Positions 56,305 through 64,000 of a DNA stretch of 64,000 nucleotides are shown here, piece after piece (the stretch's first letter is position 1; each line of letters begins with the position of its first letter). The DNA comes from Macrostomum lignano (taxonomy: Eukaryota), in the NCBI GenBank assembly GCA_002269645.1, contig NIVC01000037.1:682001-746000 (forward strand), given 5' to 3'. The notes beneath the pieces are model-generated. The model saw only the letters and a program-made list of their open reading frames with translations. It had not been told where the DNA came from and did not search any database. The translations under genes and the position numbers were made by a program.

Positions 56305-57334
56305 TATTTAGTGACAATTTTATTAATTTATAATTTGATTATAGGAAAATTTAGAATACAAAACTTTGACTATCTTAAATATAATGAATTCAACTATAGA
56401 AAATGCATATTAAAATTCAATATGGCTGTGCCTATAAAGTATAGAGGTATAATGGTAAAATACTAGTTGTAATATAAGGTTTGACAAAAATAAAGAGCTA
56501 GATAATAGTTCTTTGGTTTATAATATCAGATCTAAGTGATAAAAAAGAAAACCTAAAAGATTGTATATTTGGTCTATGCTTATTTATAGTTTTATATAGC
56601 ATATTACTAGAAAATTCTGGAAGCTTTGATTGTTAAAACAAATTTTATTTGGTTAGATACTACTTATACAAACTGTTACCATACAAATTTATATTAGCTT
56701 TTATTAATATAACTTTTATAAAGGCTTTAGAACTATAGTTAAACATTTAATTACATTGACAAAATTTCTAGAATAAAATTTCAATATTTCATCAAAAAAA
56801 GAATTTTCTATTAAGTTTCTAAAAATATCTAGTGTATATAAATTTCTAAATATGCATTGCACTACAAAACACTGCAATGCTGCCCATACTTTCAATAATT
56901 TTGTTATAATATTATTTACTACCTATATTATCTATAATATTACTTACTACCAAAAAATACTTCCATTTTACTAATGTAACAATAGCAATATATCTTCTTA
57001 AATAATAAATAGTTTAAATCTTTTTTTTAACTTTTGCTTTATCTTGGTTATGAATATTACTTAATTCCCTGGTTATCTAGGGGGTAAGAAGTCAGAGCAT
57101 ATCTTTGGGCCGTAGCCTTCAAGTCATACCCACAGCTTGGTCTGAGTTGCTAGCATCATTCAAAGGCCAGTCAGGATATCTTGCTATATCTTTATATGCC
57201 ATATATTTATAATATCTATTAAATAAAATAAATTAGGTCTTTGTTTAAGCCAAGCAAACATTTATACATTCAGATAGCTAGATTTCTTACTTTTTTAAAA
57301 AACTTAAAAAATTCACAATTACACTGTATATAAA

Positions 57335-57755
57335 CCAGCACCTGTTGAAGGTGCCAACGGCATCCGGGTGATGAATAAATGCTTGTGAGACTAGCTGAGG
57401 GTGTCCAGAAGTTGAGGCTTGCCTATTGTCATGCTTGATTGGAAAAACTTGAGAAATTCATATCAGGGTGTTCATAGTCACCTGGGGCCACCTGTCAAAG
57501 GTCCAGAAGCTCCGCATGGGTGAAGGCTAGTGACAAACAAAGTTACAGCTAATGCAGACACATGTGATCGACATGCTGATGAAATTTGGAGACTTGGCAA
57601 GGCTGCAGTGAGGCGCAGTGCTGATTAACGCACAGGGGTGCACTGAATACACTGGCGCTTATGGGAAAAATCCAACCTTCTGCTCCATTCTGGCGCAGCA
57701 AAAAATTGTCAAAGGGGGGGGGGGAATTCCCCCCTCTTGGTAGCTCTGCTGTTAA
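57335..57755. mobile_element. Diverged right-arm fragment of the 21482-25029 foldback family
   Basis: cacctgttgaaggtgcc...gactagctgagggtgtccag...gcgcttatgggaaaaatcc...cccctcttggtagctctgctg|ttaa. Confidence 0.8.
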
Positions 57756-57887
57756 TACATAATTAAAAATAATTATATCTAAACTTTAAATCGATAAAAA
57801 CATAAAAGATTGTCAATGAAAACCACATGGTTTGTCTTAGACTATGTTAATAACCTATGTCTAATTTATGTGCTGTTTTATTTTCAG

Positions 57888-60800
57888 ATAGAAGGGCAGA
57901 TTTCTCATCAGCTGGCATATCCCCTGGAGATGGTATGTATTGTACATTGAGCTTATTTGTGTTTGTGTTGGCAACAGTAGTTGTTAAGTTCTTGTCCTAT
58001 TCCAGATCCAAAAGAGTTGCTACGCAAAGTTTCTGAAACGTTTCTCAGCCGCAGTGCTCAGCCAGCCAGCACTGTGCGCAAAGTTCACGTGTGCAATGCC
58101 CTGGTGCGAATGACCAAACGAATCAAAGCCAATGTTAGCTCTGACGATCTCTTTTGCAGGTGAGCATAGACCTGATACTTCTATACTCGAATATAGTTAT
58201 ATCTACTCAAACTTTTTGTTTCTTCAGTTTATTGCCGGCTTTTTTTCAAGACTGCCGCGAGGTCCGAGCCGCTGCGCTGCGCTGCATTCGAAAATTTCTC
58301 ACCGATCAATCCGCTGTCAACAGTTTCTATAAGTTTCATTTCGATCTATGTGTTGCCAAGTAAGCTTTAATTTAGTGCTTCATATTTTCAGTATCTCCGA
58401 AACCATTGATATTTATAGTTGGTTTTCTTGTGTCCACGTCGCTAAATTAGGATTCTGTAGTGCTGAATTAGAATTCTGTAGTGTTAAATTAGGATTCTGT
58501 AGCTCTAAATTAGAATTCTGTAGTGTTAAATTAGGATTTTGTATCGCTAAATTAGCATTCTGTAGTGCTGAATTAGCATTCTGTAGCTTAAAAGTTGGCT
58601 TTGAGTCTTGATGTGAAATTGGTTCGAGCAATAGGAATGAACCAATGGTTAATCCACCCCCGCAGATGCCTGGATCTCGGTTGCCTAGACGAAGAGGCTA
58701 GCTTGGCGCCCTTATTTCAAAGCGAACGCTTCCAAGCTGTCAAAATGATTCGCCAATTGACTACCTCTGGCGGCGGCCGAGTCCCAGCTAGTCTTGTTCA
58801 GCCTCTGCTCTCCATCTGTCGCCACGCTGACAGAGAGGAGCGTCGCGATCAACTGATGAAGGTTGGTATCGATAATATAACATAAGGTTTATGAGTCGCT
58901 GCTTGCCAGGGAAATTTGACTTAACTTGTTGTACTGACTGGGACTGATCCACTAATCATACATGCGCAACAGTCGGCCGAGTCGGCCGACCGGTTTGGCG
59001 GCCAACCAAGGAAGTCGAAAAAATGCCCACCTGAAAAAATACCCAAGTAGTAGTACTAAGTAGCTGACGAGGCATTTTGACTTAATAAGACAGTCATAGT
59101 TACTCCTGCCGTTTAGGTTTAGTTGCGTTAATTTTGCTTTAGGTTTTTTACATGTAAGTCGCATTTCTGGCCAAAACTACGTCACATTTTTGTTAAAACT
59201 AAGTCGCATGGCCGACCGAATTTTGGAGGTTGTGCATGTATGCCACTAATCCATTGCGCAAATCCACTGTTACTAGGATAGGATTTTATATTGCATGTTA
59301 AAACAATTTCCAGACCGCTCTCTATCTGCTGGCTGAGCTTGGCGCGCTGAACCCGTCCCAGCTTGCCGGCAGCGGAGCTCTCAAAACTGTACTGCAAGCT
59401 GTACTGGACACAAGCCTGCCGCCCAGGTGTACAGAGGCTCTTGTAGGCGTATTGGCGCACCTGTTGAATAGGCCGGATACTCGGCGCTACCTGCGACCAT
59501 TGCCCGAATCGCTGCATTGCCTGCTTAGCCCGCTTACCAATCCCACCAGCTGCCGGGGTGGCGACGGCCGCCAGGCCGTGCTGTGCTTGTTCCGCACCTG
59601 GCCAGGCCTATTGTCGCTGTCGCCTCGCAGCCTGGTTGCTATGCTATTTGTTAATAGCGAAGAAGCTCGCTCGGCGCTGGTCGACTTCTTTTTCGATTTA
59701 TTCCTGGTGCCGAAACCGGCCGCCGGTGTGACGGAATTCAATGAGGCGATCAGGTGAGTAATTTAAGTAAATAGTTTGTATGACCTCATCGGACTTTTAC
59801 ATCTGTAAAACTTAACTTCACCCCTTTATCACCCATAAACTGTTCAATTCCCAAGCTGTAACAAACTCAACCTTCGCATTCTCCAAGCTTCACAATCCCG
59901 AATTCACCATCCCTAAGCTTTACAATCCCAAGCTTCACAATTCTAAATTCACCATCCCTAAGCTTTACAATCCCAAGCTTCACAATCCTCAAGCTTCACA
60001 ATTCCCAAGCTTCACAATCCCCAAGCTTCACAATCCCCAAGCTTCACAATCCCCAAGCTTCACAATCCCCAAGCTTCACAATCTCCAAGCTTCACAACCC
60101 CCAAGCTTTACAATCCCCAAGCTTCACAACCCCCAAGCTTCACAATCCCCAAGCTTCACAATTCCCAAGATTCACAATCCCAGGCTTCGCAATTCACAAG
60201 CTTCGCAATCCCCAAGCTTCGCAATCCCCAAGCTTCGCAATCCCCAAGCTTCGCAATCCCCAAGCTTCGCTCACGATCCTCAAGCTTCACAATTCCCAAG
60301 CTTCACAATCTCCAAGCTACACAGTACCGACCTTTTTGGCTTGCTACCTAGTCACAGCAGGGTAAACTCAAACTCATCTTAATTCGCCCCACGCCCTGGG
60401 ATGTTTGAGGGTGACGCGAACAGCCTATTTAATCATCCTAGTACTAACCAACCAATTTAGTATGCTTATTTGGCATTTGCCAGTCTTTGATATTGTTTTG
60501 TATTGTAACATTAATACTTTCATAGTTGTAAATACATATTTATTCGTATTTCAGGTGCCTAGATCCTAGCGACGATGCCTGGGACCTAACTGATGGATTT
60601 GTTGCAGCCGAAGGCAGCGATCTATTAGACTACCGGTGCCCCACCCGATTGAATCTATTAGATAATCACCTGGCTTTCCTGTTGCACCTGTTTGTACAAT
60701 GCGGTCTGGCTCACGGCCTGTCCAGTTTACTGGCTGACAAATCTTCTGACCAGTTGGGCATTCGCTGCGCTTTGCTGCTTGGCGAGCTCACCCATCGGAG

Positions 60801-63800
60801 TCGGCTGCTGCCGGCCGCTCTGCGCTCAATCAGTGCCGCCCTTAGCGCCCCGGCTCTGCTAAGAAATCAACGCGCATTGCATTGGCTGGCAGCTGTGCAG
60901 CGCGCTCGGGAGAAACCGCCGCCGCCTAAAAATGTGCTTCTAGCAGCGCTTGTCTCTCAGGTAATGTATTCCTGCTAAATTACTGGTAGAGTTGACAATA
61001 TTGCCATGGTCCTGAGCCGCTCTGAGCCTTGGTGTGCTGTTTTGGATCCTTGGTGTGCTGTTTTGGATCCTTGGTGTGCTGCTCTGGATCCTTGGTGTGC
61101 TGCTTTTGATCCTTGGTGTGCTGCTCTGGTTCCTTGGTGTGCTGTTTTGGATCCTTGGTGTGCTGCTTTTGATCCTTGGTGTGCTGTTTTGGATCCTTGG
61201 TGTGCTGCTTTGGATCCTTGATGTGCTGCTTTGAATCTTTGGTGTGCTGCTTTGGATCCTTAGTGTGCTGTTTTGGATCTTTGGTGTGCTGCTTTGGATC
61301 CTTGATGTACCTTGCTGATCCTTGATGTTTGGATCTTTGGTGTGCTGTTTTGGATCCTTGGTGTGCTGCTTTTGATCCTTGGTGTGCTGTTTTGGATCCT
61401 TGGTGTGCTGCTTTGGATCCTTGATGTGCTGCTTTGAATCTTTGGTGTGCTGCTTTGGATCCTTGATGTACCTTGCTGATCCTTGATGTTTGGATCTTTG
61501 GTGTGCTGTTTTGGATCCTTGGTGTGCTGTTTTGGATCCTTGGTGTGCTGTTTTTTATCCTTGGTGTGCTGCTTTGGATCCTTGGTGTGCTGTTTTTGAT
61601 CCTTGGTGTGCTGTTTTGGATCCTTGATGTGCTGCTTTGGATCCTTTGGATCCTATGTGGAATTTTCTGAATCCTTGACAGTTGATTTAAAGGTCTAGTG
61701 AGTGGCACTTGGTAAACCACAAAGAAGCGCTGCTTATTCATTAAAGCATCTCGCCGCCCCATTTCAGACCAAGCCTGTCAACACTTCCCTGCTGGCTTCC
61801 GCGTCGGCAGCTGCCTTAGCCTCCGCCTGCGCGTCTTTGGCTGCCTGTCCAGACGACCCGGACGACTGGGCATGGCCGGAGATGCTCGGCCTGGTCCGCT
61901 GCTGCCTACAAGTTGACGTCTCTACAGACGGCGGCTCAGGCGCCGGTTCCACCATTTCCCTCGCCGCTCCTGTCGCCGCCGCCAGTCCGACTGCTCTGTC
62001 CGATTGGTTGGCGGCTGCCCGCCGTTTGTGCGCATTCTACAGCCCGCCAACAACCGGAGCTACCGCTGCCTCATTCGTGACAATGCCGCTCAGTTGGCGC
62101 CACGCTGCTGACGCTTATCTAACTGGCATTGAGCTCATTCAGCTGATGGCCAAATTGCCAGATTCCAATGAGCTGCACAAATGTGTCATCAGCCTGGTTG
62201 CCAATCTGTCAGCTTACGTGCGCAATCGGCTAATGTCTGCACCTAGCCTATTGGTTAACACGTGCGCCAGATACGCGCCAGGACTGATTGGCGCGCTAAC
62301 AGCCTCGGAGCGCGGCGAGGAAGCTTTAGAGGCGTGTAACGCCAAGCAGCTGCTGCTAGATCTCGTGTCCGACCAGGCGCATTCCTATTTTCCCAAACTG
62401 GTTAGTACAATTCTTGTTTGATCACACGTTGCGATGCTGATATTTGGGACAGAGTGTCAGGGGCACTGACACTGTCAGGGGCAGTGTCATGGCGCTAAAA
62501 TGAGTGTCAGGGGACGCTAAACCGGGTATCAGGTGTAAGTGGAGCTAAGAGCTGTACTGTGGCGCTAAAATGAGTTGTCAGGGACGCCAAAATGATTGTC
62601 AGGAAGAGCTAAAATGGTTATCAGGGGTGGAGCTAAGATGTACTCTGTGTCACCAAAATGAGTTTTCAGGGGCGCAAGAATGAGTGTCGGGGGGGGGGCC
62701 GCTAAAGTGGGTATCGGGGGAGTGGAGCAAAGATCTGTACTGCAGCGCTAACATGAATGTCAGGGGGGCGCTAAAGTGGGTATCGGGGGAGTGGAGCAAA
62801 GATCTGTACTGCAGCGCTAACATGAATGTCAGGGGGGGGGGCGCTAAAGTGGGTATCGGGGGAGTGGAGCAAAGATCTGTACTGCAGCGCTAACATGAAT
62901 GTCAGGGGGGCGCTAAAGTGGGTATCGGGGGAGTGGAGCAAAGATCTGTACTGCAGCGCTAACATGTATGTCAGGGGGGGCGCTAAACTGGGTATCGGGG
63001 GAGTGGAGCAAAGATCTGTACTGCAGCGCTAACATGTATGTCAGGGGGGGCGCTAAACTGGGTATCGGGGAGTGGAGCAAAGATCTGTACTGCAGCGCTA
63101 ACATGTATGTCAGGGGGGCGCTAAACTGGGTATCGGGGGAGTGGAGCTAAGATCTGTGCTGCGGCGCCAAAATGAGTGTCATACTGTAATCATGAGTGTC
63201 CCACTGCCCCCACTGCGCAGGTTCTGGCTAGCATAGACTACACTAGAAATGGCGGATTCGGCCGTCTACTGCTATCTAAAGCGTTAAGCAGCGGCGACGA
63301 AGACTGCCGACTGTATGCCACCCGGTTCACGACTGTCCTGTTGCGCGCCGATATGCCGTTCTTTGCCAACTGGGGCATCGAGCTGCTTGTCAAACAGCTG
63401 TACGACACTGATCCGACCGTGTGCCAGACAGCCCTAGCCGTGCTAGAAGAGGCCTGCGAATTAGAAGTAAATAAAAATATACTAGTACGCCTTAGACCAG
63501 CCGCTGTGCACCTTGGCGATCAAGGCGCTGTGTTTATTGCTAAACTGTGCGGCTTCAGCTTAGGCTTCCGAGTACTGCAAGAGTCCAATTGGTTTCAGCA
63601 GCATTTTGATCTTTGGTGCGACCGATTGTGCAACAGCTATCCTATGCTAGTCGAACAGACGCTGACCGAAGCGCTCACTGGCTATGAGATACCGCCGCCA
63701 GGGCAGGACTTTGTGAGGGCCTCGTCTCGGCCAAAATCTGCGCCAAGGTAGTAGCGTAAATTAATTGCTTGCTGAAAGTTAAGCAGAACTAGTAGTGGTT

Positions 63801-64000
63801 AGTTCCCAGCTACACTCGTAAATAAGCTTGCGTAACTCATTCACCCTAGGGAGTTTCCACACCCAAGAACACAAATTATTTTCACGCATCCGCAGGCGCG
63901 TCCTGTTGCCAACGCATCTATTCGGTCAGCTGGCTTTACATAAAGAGGGCTTCGATTTTTTGCGCAATCAATCGTGCGTGCGAAAATCGATCGATCTAGT
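57888..64000 (+). CDS. RICTOR: RICTOR (mTORC2 subunit), partial. Exons 57888-57932, 58006-58159, 58228-58359, 58666-58861, 59314-59753, 60555-60960, 61768-62400, 63221-63747, 63896-window end. Start codon not identified
   Basis: EVRAAALRCIRKFL, ERFQAVKMIRQL, ELGALNP..LLNRPDTRRYLR, DGFVAAEG..NLLDNHLAFLL, LSKAL..CRLYATRFTTVLLRADMPFFANWGIELLVKQLYD..ALAVLEEACE, LPTHLFGQL. All exon phases are consistent at GT-AG sites. Confidence 0.93.
58435..58590. repeat. 21-bp tandem repeat in a RICTOR intron
   Basis: Units ttag(g/a/c)attctgtagtg(c/t)t(g/a)aa. Confidence 0.85.
59860..60320. repeat. 16-17-bp tandem array (cccaagcttcacaatc) in a RICTOR intron
   Basis: Directly visible. Confidence 0.92.
61025..61645. 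repeat. 21-bp tandem array (ggatccttggtgtgctg(t/c)ttt) in a RICTOR intron
   Basis: Directly visible. It explains the KDPKQHT-type ORF. Confidence 0.95.
62680..63170. repeat. ~65-70-bp G-rich tandem array in a RICTOR intron
   Basis: Unit ggggggcgctaaa(g/c)tgggtatcgggggagtggagcaaagatctgtactgcagcgctaacatg(a/t)atgtca, with variable G-run length. Confidence 0.92.

Noticed and set aside
60980-61762. 260-aa KDPKQHT-repeat ORF
   Set aside because: It is the antisense translation of a 21-bp array within a RICTOR intron.

Overview
Eukaryotic genomic DNA with GT-AG introns, GC-rich exons and minisatellite-filled introns. The style suggests an invertebrate, most like the flatworm Macrostomum (inference only). 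Six protein genes are supported. Minus strand: a STIM-family gene (1011-6920), MPHOSPH6/MPP6 (8570-9430), ITFG1/LINKIN (10728-14567) and a PKA catalytic subunit gene (25806 to about 38671). Plus strand: a prothymosin-like acidic protein (19388-19873) and RICTOR (57888 to the window end). Non-coding DNA holds a 3.5 kb TTAA-flanked foldback element with two relatives, several MITE-like inverted-repeat elements, tRNA-derived SINEs, two decayed RTE-like retrotransposons and about 20 tandem arrays, which explain most long ORFs in the supplied track. Main highlights: (1) PKA-C has two 127-nt paralogous catalytic-loop exons, one missed by the ORF track, that look mutually exclusive, plus at least two alternative non-myristoylatable first exons and an obligatory GC-AG intron; (2) the STIM has a degenerate Ca2+-binding EF-hand; (3) the large foldback element; (4) a palindromic element whose core is flipped between its two copies. 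Exon boundaries were read by eye and may be off by 1-2 nt. Homology calls come from remembered family motifs, not database searches.
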